Source: Haliotis rufescens (taxonomy: Eukaryota). From it: a DNA stretch of 64,000 nt. The position numbers were made by a program, and so were the translations under genes. Positions 23,808 through 37,480 of this stretch are shown here, one piece after another; the stretch's first letter is position 1; each line of letters opens with the position of its first letter. The notes below the pieces were generated by a model. It searched no databases. It was not told where the DNA came from and saw only the letters and a program-made list of their open reading frames with translations. Where the stretch lies: positions 62,496,001-62,560,000 of the forward strand of contig NW_025963890.1 in the NCBI RefSeq assembly GCF_023055435.1. The letters run 5' to 3'.

Positions 23808-26800
23808 GAGTGAGTGAGGGAGTGAGTTAAGCTTTAAGTCACATCGGCAATATTTCAGCCACATCGTGACTATCAATGGTTAAATATAATACATATATTG
23901 AAGCTTATGTACAAACCTGCCAACGAGGGACAGTAAAATAACTAGACTTATCACAGAAATAAATGTAAAACTAGTATTTAATCATAAAATCAATAGCACT
24001 ATACATAACGGTACAATATAAAAAAGGGCTATAGATCGCCAGCAACTGAAGGTAGACCACCATGCTAGGGTCCATGGGGACTTACAGTACTTTTGCTACC
24101 TGCATGGACCCCAGCCGGATTTACATCATCCCTTCAGCTGTTGGCGATTATGACAAATTTAGCCAAAGGAAAACGAACATATATACTACTATTAAAAATG
24201 TGGCCAAAATAAATATACCTTGAAAGATGTGGTCTTACATACCCTCTCAGGGGGACAATAATTTTACATTACTTCAACCCCCTTCGAGGATACACCCACT
24301 AACAATCTCAGTTATCAAATTTATTTTACCAATTATAAAAACTATACTATATACAAAACATATCAATCAAAATTTATGCAACAATTCAATTTCTTTTAAA
24401 AAGTCAATAATTAAATGAACACTGATATTGAAAAGATCCTTTAAGGATGAAACTTTGAAATATTTATCCCTTGTGATGGAAAAATCAACAAAATCAAGCA
24501 GGACATGCTTGACGGTGATTTTTTCATCACAAGGGATACAAAATGGAGGATCCTCACCTTTTAAAAGATATTTGTGGGTATACCTGCTATGGCCAATACG
24601 ACATCGCATAATGACCTCTTCAAATCTGGACTGACAGCCCAAGTAGGTGTAACCAATATTTGGTTTAATTTCATGTAATTTATTGATACCTACTTGGGAG
24701 TCCCACTTCTTTTGCATCAGATCACAAATATAAGATCTGATTACAGGTTTAAAATCAGTGTATGGGATAAGAAGTGGTGTCACAGATTTGTTGAGTGCTG
24801 CTTTTGCAGCAGCATCAGCCATTGAGTTGCCTTTGATGCCCACATGACTGGGCAACCAACAAAAGACGATGTCGTATTGGCCAGTAGCAAGTTCATTAAA
24901 TAGTTCAATAATTTTGATTAAAAGTGGATTTTGACATGATATGTTATGGATAGCCTGCAGGCAAGAAAGAGAATCGGAAAATAGGATAAACTTCTGATAT
25001 TTTGACTGTTTACTGATATATTGTAAAGCTGTTAAAATGGTATTGGCCTCTGCTGTGAAAATAGAACTATTATCGGGTAATCTGGAGGAGATAGTCCTGG
25101 ATCCAATGACAGTGGCGCTGGCAACAGCGCCACTATCCTTGGATCCATCTGTAAAGAAAGATTTGTAAGTATTATATGTGTTTCTTAATTCATTTTCTTA
25201 ATTCATGTATTTTTGTTGATAAATAAGTTGATTTGTTTCCGATTTCTTTAATTTAGTGAATGTCAGATCCACCTCGGGCTTTACCAACTGCCAAGGTGGA
25301 GAAGACAAAAGCTGTGTGGGGGCTATAGCTTCAAGATTAATTTTAGCTGCAGAAATATCAGATTGAACTCTTATTCCAAGTGGGGGGAGAACCGATGATT
25401 TTTTATTATAGAGATTTTCATAAAGGGGGTGAAAAACACAGTCATATGCTGGATTCGAGTTATTAGAGCGTAATTTAGTGACATATTGTAAGGATAATTT
25501 AATTCGGCGTTGTTTGAGGGATGGTTCATCAGCCTCAACGTACAGACTGTCGATAGGAGAAGTTCGGAAAGATCCAATACAGAGTCTCAGACCTTGATGG
25601 TGGATAGAGTCCAAAAGTTTAAGATTACTTTTGCAGGCTCCACCATAGATGATGGAGCCATAATCAAGTTTAGAGCGAATAAGTGCTCTGTACAGTTGAA
25701 GGAGGGTTTTCTGATCCCCTCCCCACTTGGAATTTGAAACAACTTTTAGGAGATCAAGGGCCTTCAGGCATTTATTTTTCAAATATTTTATGTGAGGTAA
25801 AAACGTTAAATGGTGGTAAAAAATAAGACCCAAGAACTTAGCCTCTTTTACAACTTTAATCGGAGTGCTATCTAAAATTAAAACAGGGTCTTTATGGGGT
25901 TTGTATTTCCTACAAAAGTGGAAACAATTTGTTTTGTTTTTTGAAAATTTAAAACCATTTTCTAAACACCATTTATTTATCTTATTTAGACATAATTGTA
26001 ATTGTCTTTCGATAGTATGCATGTTTTTACCACGACATGATATGTTAAAATCATCCACGAATAAAGATCCATCAATGGAGTCATTTAAAACCTTAGAGAG
26101 GCTATTTATTTTAATACTGAAGAAGGTGACAGACAAAATACTGCCTTGTGGGACACCCTGATCCTGATTATAATGATCAGACAGGGTAGTACCCACGCGG
26201 ACTTGAAATTGTCTGTCAGATAAAAACTTGGATATGAATTGAGGCAAACGGCCTCGCAATCCAAAGTCATGTAAGTCTTTTAAAATACCGTGCTTCCATG
26301 TAGTGTTGTATGCTTTTTCTAGATCAAAAAAGATAGACACTGCATGTTGCTTATTTACAATGGCATTTTTAACGAATGACTCCATTCGAACTAAGTGGTC
26401 AATGGTACTGCGATTTTTACGGAATCCACATTGGATATTTGTGATTAAGTTATGGGATTCTAAGTACCAGGTTAATCTGTTATTGACCATGCGTTCCATG
26501 GTTTTGCAAACGCAACTAGTCAATGAAATTGGTCGATAATTGGAAGGATCAGTATGATCACGAGCAGGTTTAGGTATGGGAATTACTATAGCATCACGCC
26601 ATGAAGAAGGAAATTCTCCTGACGTCCAGATTTTATCAAAGATCATCAAGAGGGTTTCTTAACAGGATTGCGGTAAATGTTTTAAGAGTTGATAATGTAT
26701 ATTATCAGACCCTGAAGCAGTGTCATGAGCTTGCCAAAGGGCAGTATTGAGTTCATGAATGGAAAAGATTTCATTGTAATCCTCCCCATTATCTGAATTA

Positions 26801-29800
26801 AAATTAATAGGTTTCTTTTCTTGTTGCTTTTGATATTTTTGGAATTGAGGGGCATAGTTCGAGGAGGAAGAATGTTGAGCCAGAGTTTCACCAAGTTTGT
26901 TAGCAATATCAGAAGTATTGGTTAATAATTCATTCCCATTTTTAAGGTGGTGGACACTAGATTTAGAACCCTTACCTTTTATTTTCTTAATCATGTTCCA
27001 TACCTTCGATATCGGCGTACGTGAATTTATCTTCGAGACATAATTTTGCCAAGTCTGACGCTTGTTTTGTTGAAATGTACGCCGTGCTTTAGCGTTTAAT
27101 ATTTTGAATTTATTTAAATTGTGGACCATAGGATGGCAACGGAAATATTGTTCAGCTTTTTTCCTCGCCTTCCTAGCTAGTTTGCAATCATTGCTGAACC
27201 ATGGTTTACGAAAGTGAGGATTTGAAGAGGACTTCGGAATACATTCATCAGCTATTTTCTTAAGATTATCAGAGAAAAGCTTTATAGGATCAGTGGCATC
27301 AATAAAAACATCAGGATTTAGTTGGTTTGTGCAAAGGACTTCATATAAAGCCCAGTTTGCCTTAGGAAAATTCCATCTTGATGATGGAGGAATATCAGAT
27401 GGTGTCACAGATTTTAAAATGGTAGGAAAATGGTCACTTCCACAGAGGTCATCGTGGACTGACCATTCAAATTCATCAAGTAAATTAGAGTCTACAACGG
27501 ACAAGTCAAGACAAGAGTAAGTTCCAGTTACCGGATGTAGATACGTATGAGAACCATCATTAAAAATGCATAAATCGTTAGTTAAGAAAAAATCCTCTAG
27601 TAATTTTCCTTTGTTATTGATATCATTACTACCCCAAAGTGGGTTATGATCATTCAAATCTCCCATGATGACACATGGCTTAGGGAGCTGGTCATACAGT
27701 GCCTGAAGATCAGACTGTCGGAGAAAGTACGATGGTGGGACATACAAAGAACATAAAGTAAAGACAATATTTAATGTCACACGTACTGCAACAGCCTGAA
27801 GCGGGGTACTGAGGGGAACAGGACTGTGAATGATGCCCTGCCTCACCATAACAGAAGATCCTCCAGTTGCTTTATCACCCGGAGGTGAAAAGCAATGGTA
27901 AGAATCATACTGTCTTAAATCAAAGTGATCAATATTTTTTAGGAAGGTTTCTTGTAAACAAAATGCAGATGGTTTGAAGTCTTGAATTAAGAGCTGAAGA
28001 TCATTAAAAGTGGTCCGAAGTCCTCTACAGTTCCACTGTATCAAAGTGGGAGAACAACTCATGGGGGTTCAACTGGAGATCGCGAGCGTGGGGAAGGTCC
28101 TCTCTGCTGTAACGGCAGCGGTGGAGGGACCTCCATAGCTAGAGGTTCAAAAGGGTTTTGAACCTCTAGTGGGACAGTTAAAGGTGAAGGCACCTCAATG
28201 TGTTTGAGGGCCTTGGATTCTTTTTTCTTTTGTTGTTTTTTTTCTTTTCTTGTCGAAGATACATTTGGTTTCATATAAGGAACAGATTTACGAGTTTCGT
28301 GTTTAGGAATAGAGTCTGGAAGAGAGTCGTTTAACAGCTCAGTTTGTGAAGCTGCTGATGAAGTTGGGGATTTTTTGTCAGCATGAACTTCATACAAGAT
28401 GGTCTGTTCGTCAGAAATCAAGTTTATAGCCGTTTGGCATCCAGTATCCACTTTGAGTGGAGAAAAGGAGACTGCAGCAGAATAAGTCAGTGTAGAAGAG
28501 GAAGGATTAGATTCCTGATCAACCAATTTCTTGGCATCAGCAAAGATGTCATTTGTGTACTTTAGTTTTAGAACTTTTGTTTGTTTCATAAAAGCAGGAC
28601 ACGATTTGAAAGAGGACATGTGGTCGCCGCCGCAGTTGGCACACCTGATGTTATCAGTGCAATCAGTGCCATCATGATGTTTACTGCAGCGTGAACAAAT
28701 TTGGGTGGCATGACAGGATTTTGCACGATGTCCAAAATGTTGGCAGTGAAAACACCGGAGTGGGCTGGGAATGTAAACATCCACACCAATGTTAAAGTAC
28801 CCAGCTTTGACAGAGGAAGGGATCTTTGGAAGAGCAAACGTAAACAGATACGTGTTGGTCTTGATGATGGTATCGCCTTCTTTCCTGGTAAATCGTTTAA
28901 CAGACGACACACCTTGTTGCTGTATTTCTGTTGCAATCTCCTCTTCAGACATATCTGAGAGGCACTTTGCACGATCTCGTACAATGCCTCTACACGAATT
29001 TAATGTTTTGTGCACTGAGACAACAATCTCAGTATTTGCAAAATGATGTGCATTGAGGAGATTTTGAGATTGTTGTCTCCTGGCACACTCCACAAGCAGT
29101 GATCCGGACCGGAGACGAGTAACATTTTTAACTGTTCCACATATACCTTCAATTGACTTTGAAACAACGAAGGGGTTGATCTCGAGGGACTCTCCATCAA
29201 CTCCTCCAACAACCAGAAATCATGGCCACGAATCAATATTGTGTACAGACTCCTCATCCGAAGATGTGGCTGTATCTGTATCAACATGCCTACGTTTAGT
29301 TTTTTATCTAGAACCAGTGAATTGTTGGGTAGCCATAATGAAACAAATGAAATTCAACACCCCTGCTCCCCACCCACCATGGAGTGTCAACAGAAACGAT
29401 GTTGAAGTTGAAACCAACTGCAAACACCAGGGTTACAGGGGTGCTATACTCCAGCAAAAAGGACACAGGTAGCTAAAATTGTCAAACAGGGTTAAAAGTC
29501 AGGCTGGTTCCGCCCTAGACAGTTACCTGATAACAAATAGAACCCGGAGGTCATTGATGCCAGATTGGCCCATGAGCCACCGCCTTCTGGCGTAAGACTC
29601 TAGGCAATTTATTCAATCCAAAATTGAGTATTCACACAAATTATGAACCGCCAAGACCAAAATATACAGTAAAATATAACACAGGTGTGCATATACAATA
29701 TTACGCACAGGGCCTGGCATGACCAGTCGATTGATAAGACCGGGCCCATCTTACCACCCGTCTAGGCGAAGTAAGGGTCGAAGTAGTGTGTTGGGCAAAG

Positions 29801-29848
29801 GAACACAGTTCCAGGAACCAGTGCCCTCAACTACCAGACTCCCGTCCT
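23808..29848 (-). mobile_element. LINE2: I-group (Nimb-like) non-LTR retrotransposon, near full length, degenerate
   Basis: ORF1 with CCHC knuckles (ATG 29336, in-frame stops, ends 28059). ORF2 has APE (26659-28062), RT with FVDD (25198-26649) and RNase H (~24367-25190). It has a (CTCA)n tail; the 5' UTR lacks the last ~170 nt seen in LINE3; no TSD is visible. Confidence 0.95.
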
Positions 29849-32800
29849 TGAATTGAATAAATGTAAGATTTGGTAAAAGACAAAATATGATTTTGACTGC
29901 ATTTTTTTCAGGACACCAAGCATGACTCGCATGACTCTGTATAGCCGTATTTTTGTCAGCTTTAATGTTTATCCTCGGAGGAAATGCTTACATCGACACA
30001 TTCCTTATTATGTACATGTTGAGGCTTAAAACTGCTTAAATATGAAATCTATTGACATAATCGCTGTTGGCGAAGGGGTCCATGTTCTCCTCCAGACTTG
30101 GTATATCAAACAGAAACACCATCGAATTAAATATGAAAAGTCAACGCACATATCTGATTTTGAAGACAGACAACAATGCTTCCATGCCCTATAACTCCAG
30201 ATGTTACACATTATTTGTATTTGCCAGGCCAGTGCAAAGACTTGGGGATAGTGTGCCGGTTTGTTGAGGGAGAAATCTGAAAAAAAACGTGCATCAGTAA
30301 TGGGTCCATTAAATGTACCACCCAATCCCTGTCTCAAAGAATAACCACAATCCTTGATACAACCAAGTGGTGAGTGAGCGAGTGTGTGGGTTAATGAATG
30401 ATTGAGTGAGATGTTATGCGGTTTTAGCTATGTCACGACCAAGGAATACAGAAAGGGCATCACGGACATGGGGTATCTTCGGTGACGAACGCTGTAACAA
30501 CTTTATGTTGCAGAAAGTATTTGAGACAAGCGTAATTGATACCATGTGGATTCTCCAAAACTCTGCTCAAATGTTTTGTTATATCAGAAAAGAACCAAGT
30601 CCAATTATGTGAATACATTTGATTATCAACATTGTACAATAATATTCCGCAAGAAATCTGAATTATATATTTCATTCATCGACCCAAGAGCATTTGTCAC
30701 TAAACGTGGTGACCATAGATATAGTCATATCTTTAACTGCAAGGTTCAGGACAATATGTCCAACATGAAAGTTAAATTCATGTGAAATGCTGAACCTTAC
30801 CTTATTGATAACATCAATGCGGAAGTTGGTGGACAGTATTTTTAGGCAAGAGGTAGGCGTCTCCATAGTGTTCCCCTCCTTGCAGATCTCCGTGCGAACT
30901 GGGAACATAAAACAAAATTTAGCCAAGATGTTTAACTTAAGATCTGTGACGCATCGGTGATACTAATGATATCCGATGCAATTCCCCATTCAGGTGAACA
31001 ATTGACTTGCCTTTCATGTGTTTGTGACGGATGCTACCTTTAGGGCAGGTCTCACCTTTTCGCGTACACGTGGTTTCATCACCATATGGTAGTGATTCAT
31101 AAACACATGTTTATGTTACAGTCGAGATCGTACAATGGAGACTTCTCATGATTAGTGATGTTTTTTTTTCGCTTTTATCACACGTTCTCTTTTCTTGACT
31201 GGACCGTTGAAGATCCGGGTAGAGTAGGTCTTCAGCAACCAATACTTGGCGTAAAAGGCGACTATGCTTGTCGTATGTGTGTGTGTGTGAGTTAATGCTT
31301 TACGTCACATCGGCAATATTTCAGCCATGTTGTGACGAGAAGTTAGACATGAAATATACATATATTTAAACTTTATAAAAATCTGTCATCGAAGGACAGT
31401 ATGATAACTAGAATATCACAGATAAGATTTAAAACTAGTTGTGGAACATTTAAAAGCATTAAGTATTAAGGAACAACACAATATAAAAATGGGCTAGAGA
31501 TCGTCAGTAACTAAAGGGAGATCACCACACCAGGGACCATGGGGACTTACAGTACCTTTGCTTCCTGCATGGGCCCTGGCAGGATTTATATCACCCTACA
31601 GTCACTGACGATAATTGACCAGTTAAGCCTAAGATTAAAATGACAAAAATACTACGTTTAAAAGCCTGGCATGCATAAAAATACTTCGAATGATTTGGGA
31701 CTTACATACCCTCTTAGGGGGACAATAATTTTACGCTACTTCAACCCCCCTCGAGGGTACAGCCACTAACAATCTAAGTTATTAATTAGCACCACCAATG
31801 TCTAAAAACTTATTATGGACAACAAAATTTATGAATTAATTCAATTTCTTTTAAAAAGCACAATATTAAATGAGAATGTACGTGATTAAAAAGGTCCTTT
31901 ACTGTTTTTACATGATAATATTTATCCCTACAATCAAGCAGGACATTCAAAAGATACTCATGTGTATATCTTGAATGGCCAATACGACATCGTCGCATTA
32001 TGACCTCTTCAAATCTGGACTGACAGCCCAAGTAGGTGTAACCGATATTTGGTTTAATTTCATGTAATTTATTGATACCTACTTGGGCGTCCCACTTCTG
32101 TTGCATAAGATCTCGGATGTAAGATCGAATCATGGGTTTATAATCAGTGTATGGGATCAGAAGTGGTGTCACAGATTTGTTGAGGGGTGCTTTTGCAGCA
32201 GCATCGGCCATTGTGTTACCAATGATACCAACATGGCTTGGTAACCAACAAAAGACGATGTCATATTGGCCAGTAGCAAGATCATTAAATAATTCGAGAA
32301 TTTCGATTAAAAGTGGATGTTTTGATGACATATTTTTAATCGCCTGAAGGCATGAAAGAGAATCTGAAAACAGTATGAATTGTTTATGTTTAGCTTGATT
32401 ACGGATATATTTAAGTGCTGTAAAAATGGCGTTTGCTTCTGCAGTGAATATGGAACTGTTATCAGGTAAACGTGAAGATATTGTTCTGGATCCAATGACG
32501 GTGGCACTAGCGACTGCGCCATCATCCTTGGATCCATCGGTAAAGATATATTTATAAGTGTCATAATTGTTTCTTAATTGACTGTATTCTTGTTGGTAAA
32601 TTAATTCGTTAGTGTCTGATTTCTTTAGCTTTGTTAATGTAAGATCTACCTCTGGCTTTACCATTTGCCAAGGAGGAGATGAGAAAAGTTTAGTAGGAGC
32701 TATATCTTGGAGTTGAATATTAGAAGCTGATATTGCAGATTTTATTCTGATTCCGAGTGGTGGAGTAAGTGTTGATTTCTTATTGTAAAGATCCTCGTAG

Positions 32801-35731
32801 AGAGGATGGAATATGCATTCAATAGCTGGATTGGACTGATTAGGAAATAATTTAGTGATGTATTGTAAAGATAATTTTAAACGGCGTTGTTTAAGAGAAG
32901 GCTCATCTGCTTCTATATAGAGACTGTGAATGGGAGACGTTCTAAAAGCTCCAAGGCAAAGCCTCAGGCCTTGATGATGGATGGTATCGAGTTTTTGTAA
33001 ATTACTTTTGCAGGCTCCACCATAGACGATGGAGCCATAATCAAGTTTTGAACGGATTAGTGACCTGTATAAGTGTAAGAGAGTTGTTTGATCCCCTCCC
33101 CACTTTGAATTAGAAACTACTTTCAATAAGTCGAGTGCCTTCAGGCATTTAGCTTTTAGGTATTTAATATGTGGAAGGAAAGTTAAGTGGTTATCAAAAA
33201 TAAGTCCCAAGAACTTGGCCTCCTTTGATAGGAGTGCCATTCAGAAATAGTTCAGGGTCCTTATGTGGCTTATATTTTCTGCAGAAATGTATACAATTAG
33301 TTTTTGATTTGGAAAATTTAAACCCGTTTTCCAAACACCACTTGTTAATTTTATTAAGACATAATTGTAATTGCCTTTCTATTGTGTGCATATTTTTACC
33401 ACGACAAGATAGATTAAAATCATCCACAAAAAGTGATCCATCAACTGAATCATTTAAAACTTTTGACAAACTGTTAATTTTTATACTGAATAAAGTGACA
33501 GACAAAATACTGCCTTGTGGGACACCCTGATCCTGATTATAATGATCAGACAGGGTTGTACCCACTCGGACTTGAAATTGCCTGTCTGTTAAAAACTGGG
33601 ATATAAATTGAGGCAGACGGCCTCGTAATCCAAAATCATGAAGATCTTTTAAAATACCATGTTTCCATGTTGTATCGTATGCTTTTTCTAAATCGAAAAA
33701 GATCGATACAGCATGTTGTCTATTTACAATGGAATTTTTAACGAACGATTCTAAATGCACTCAGTGATTGATAGTACTTCTGTTCTCCCGGAAACCGCAT
33801 TGTATATTGGTAAGAAGATTATTTGTTTCCAAGTACCACACTAATCGATTATTTACCATGCGTTCTATAGTTTTACAAACACAGCTAGTGAGAGATATAG
33901 GTCGGTAATTTGATGGATCAGAATGATCTCGCCCAGGTTTGGGAATGGGGATAACAATGGCATTATGCCATGAAGGTGGAAACGTCCCTGATGTCCAAAT
34001 GTCATCGAATATAGTCAACAAAGTTTCAAGGCATGATTCGGGCAAGTGTTTCAGTAGCTGATAATGAATATTATCAGCGCCTGCTGCTGTATCATAAGCT
34101 TGCCCTAAGGCAGTATATATGTTGTGAAAATACCTCATTGTAATCTTCACCATTATCAGATGTAAAATTTACTTTTTTCTTTTCCTGTTGGAGCTGATAT
34201 TTTTGAAATTCAGGAACGTAATTTGATGAAGACGAATGTTGAGATAACGTTTTCCCAAGTCTATTGGCAATATCAGATTTATTCGTTAGCAAAGTATCGC
34301 CATCCTTTAGATGGTTTACTGTAGAATTTGATCCCTTGCCTTTGATCTTTTTGATCATGTTCCATACCTTGGACATAGGGGTACGAAAGTTAATTTTTGA
34401 GACATAAGTCTGCCAGGATTGACGTTTATTTTGCTTAAATAGACGTCTTGCCTTGGCATTTGAAATTTTAACAGTATTTAAATTATGGACAGTACGGAAG
34501 TATTTCTCCACCTTCTTACGACATTTCCTAGCTTGTTTGAAAGTGTCATCAAACCACGGTTTACGAACACGTGGGTTGATCGAGGACTTAGGTATTGATT
34601 CATCAGCAATTTCATTCAGTTGATCTGAGAAAAACTGAATCGGGTCAGTAACATTCTGAAAAGACGTAGGTAGTAATTTATCTTTGCATAAAGATTGAAA
34701 TAAAAGCCAATCAGCCTTCACAAAAGTCCATCGAGGTGAAGGTGGATCATCAGTGGGATGAATGGGCTTAAGCACCGTGGGGAAATTGTCACTCCCACAT
34801 AGGTCATTATGGACGGACCATGAGAATTCATTCAACAAAACTGAATCCGTCAAAGACAGATCTAATGATGAATACGTACCAGTTGCAGGGTGTAAGTAGG
34901 TGTCCGAGTCATCGTTAAAAATGCAGAGGTCATTATCAGAAACAAAATCCTCGATGACTTTATCCTTTTGATTAATGATAGAACCTCCCCATAGAGGATT
35001 ATGCCCATTTAGATCACCCATGATGAGACAGGGCTTTGGGAGCTGGTCGTACAGTTTTTGGAGATCATTACGCAGAAGATTTGAGGATGGAGGAATGTAT
35101 AAGGAGCAAAGTGTGAAGGCAATATGCAGTGGAAGTCTAACTGCAACAGCTTGCATATTCGTGTCAAGCGGAACAGGACTGTGAACTACGCCCCGCCGCA
35201 CCAAAATAGAAGCTCCTCCAGTAGCTTTATCTCCCGGAGGAGAGAAGGAATGATACGAACTATACTGCCTTAAATCAAATTTGTCGGTTGTTTACAGGTA
35301 CGTTTCTTGTAAAGAAATTGCTGATGGACAAATATCCGTTGATAATAATTGCAGTTCGTTAAAATTGTGCCGAAGTCCTCGGCAATTCCATTGAATTAGA
35401 TTCGAATGATTCATGGTGGTTCTACCGGAGATCGTTCACGTAAACGTGAAGAGGAGTCACCACTGTTTTGGTGTGAAGATGGGGTGACATCCATCTCAAG
35501 AGGCTCAAAGACATTATGAACATCTATAGATGTGCCAGTGAGAGTGGGGATCTTAGTTGTGATTTTTCTGTTTTGTTTTTTCTTTTGGTTTTTTTCCATT
35601 TCAGTTGATGGTTTGTTGGTAGCTGGTATATCAGGAGTGGGTGTAGAAGGGGCCACAACCTGAGTCACAATGATAGAATCTGGAGACATTTCACCTGGGC
35701 TGACAGAATGAGTTGTTTGACTGTCACATGA

Positions 35732-35901
35732 GTGAGTGAGTTAGTGAGTATGGTTTTACGCCGCTTTTAGCAATATTCCAGCAATATCACGGCGGGGGAA
35801 ACCAGAAATGGGCTTCACACATTGTGCCCATGTCGGGAATCGAACCCGGGTCTTCGGCGTGACGAGCGAACGCTTTAACCACTAGGCTACCCGACCGCCC
35901 C
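35732..35901 (-). mobile_element. tRNA-derived SINE (Asp-like head) inserted in LINE3 ORF1
   Basis: A box TAGCCTAGTGG, B box GGTTCGATTCC and LINE-like tail with (CTCA)n. TSD gactgtcacatga at 35719-35731 and 35902-35914. Confidence 0.92.
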
Positions 35902-37480
35902 GACTGTCACATGATGTAGTCAGAGGCAGCGGGTGTTCAGAATGTGTCCACGTCAAGTCCGTCTGACATTCTATAGATCTACTGGTTGAAGGGCGAGAGA
36001 CAGCAGCAGCAGCAGCAGCATAAGATTGTTTGGATGAAGGTGTCCGGCTATCATAGAGTTTTTTCGCATCCAAGTAACTGACGTTGTTTTGACATTTGAT
36101 TGTCAAAATGTCTTTTTCACGTGTCCAAAAAGGACAGGATTTTGATGACGCTACATGTTGACCCTTACAATTTGTACATTTCAGGTCTGCTGTACAGCCT
36201 GAACCATCATGATTTCCACCACCATGGAGGGCAAACAGTCGGACGATCACATGATTTGGAGCCGTGGCCAAACTTCTGACATTTGTAACATCGGAGCGGA
36301 TTGGGGACATACACCTCCACTCCGATGTTAAAATAGCCTGCCTTAATAGATTGTGGAATTGTTGGAAGAGAAAAGAACAAATAGGTATTTGTTGGAACGA
36401 TATTTTCACCATCTTTTCTATTGAAACGTTTCACTGATGTGACACTTTGTCCTTTGAGTTCTTCCAAAATGTCTTCTTCTGACATTTCTGCCAGGCAACG
36501 AGCTCTGTCGCGGATGATCCCCCGACTCGAATTCAACGTTCTGTGTTCGGAAACAACAACTTCTGTGTTAGCAAAGCTAGTACATTTTAAAAGATTAATA
36601 GCCTGCTGTCTCCGTGCACACTCCACCAAAAGAGAGCCGCTCCGGAGCCGTGAAACATTCTTCACCTCACCACAGATGCCGTCAATGGCTTTAGAAATGG
36701 CGAAGGGATTGATTTTCAAAGGTAGTTGATTACGTGATTCCACTACGATAAACCGAGCCCAAGAATTTGAAGTTTGTGAAATAGAAGCATCGTCGTCAGA
36801 TGAGAAAATCTCAGCTTCCAGACGTCTCTTCTTGTCATTGCGGTTTGAACCAGATATATAGTGAGCCATGATGAAATTAATGTATTCAGCACCCCTGCTC
36901 ACCCACCAAAGAGCGATGTTGTCCTGCACCGGATCTCCAACATGCAAACATCAGGGATACAGAGGTGTTATACTCAAGTAAGAACAACATGAATAGCTGT
37001 ATTTGTCTATCAAATAAAATGTCAGGCTGGTTCGGCCCATGGCAAGAAATTGAAGACATACAGAACTCAGAGGTCGAAAGTACCAGATTGGCCCATGAGC
37101 CACCGCCTTCTGGCGTAAGACTCTAGGCAATTTATTCAATCCAAAATTTAGAATTCACACAAGTTATGGATGGCCAAGACCGAAATATACATTAAAATAC
37201 AACACATGTGTGTATATACAATATTACACACAGGGCCTGGCATGACCAGCCGATTGATAAGACCGGGCCCATCTTACCACCCGTCTAGGCGAAGTAAGGG
37301 TCGAAGTAGTGTGTTGGGCAAAGGAACACTGTTCCTGGAACCAGTGCCCTCAACTACCAGACTCCCGTCCTCCGCCGACACAGGGACGCAACCCACGGCA
37401 AACAGGTTGCCCATTTTAGTCGCCTCATACGACCAGCAATGGGAGGCTGTGGAAATATTCTGCCCCGGTTCCACACAGGG

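Noticed and set aside
35830-35901. tRNA-Asp-like gene (also at ~48940-49007, and Leu/Ser-like at ~47244-47330)
   Set aside because: Imperfect cloverleaf joined to a SINE body and tail and bounded by TSDs, so these are SINE heads rather than tRNA genes.
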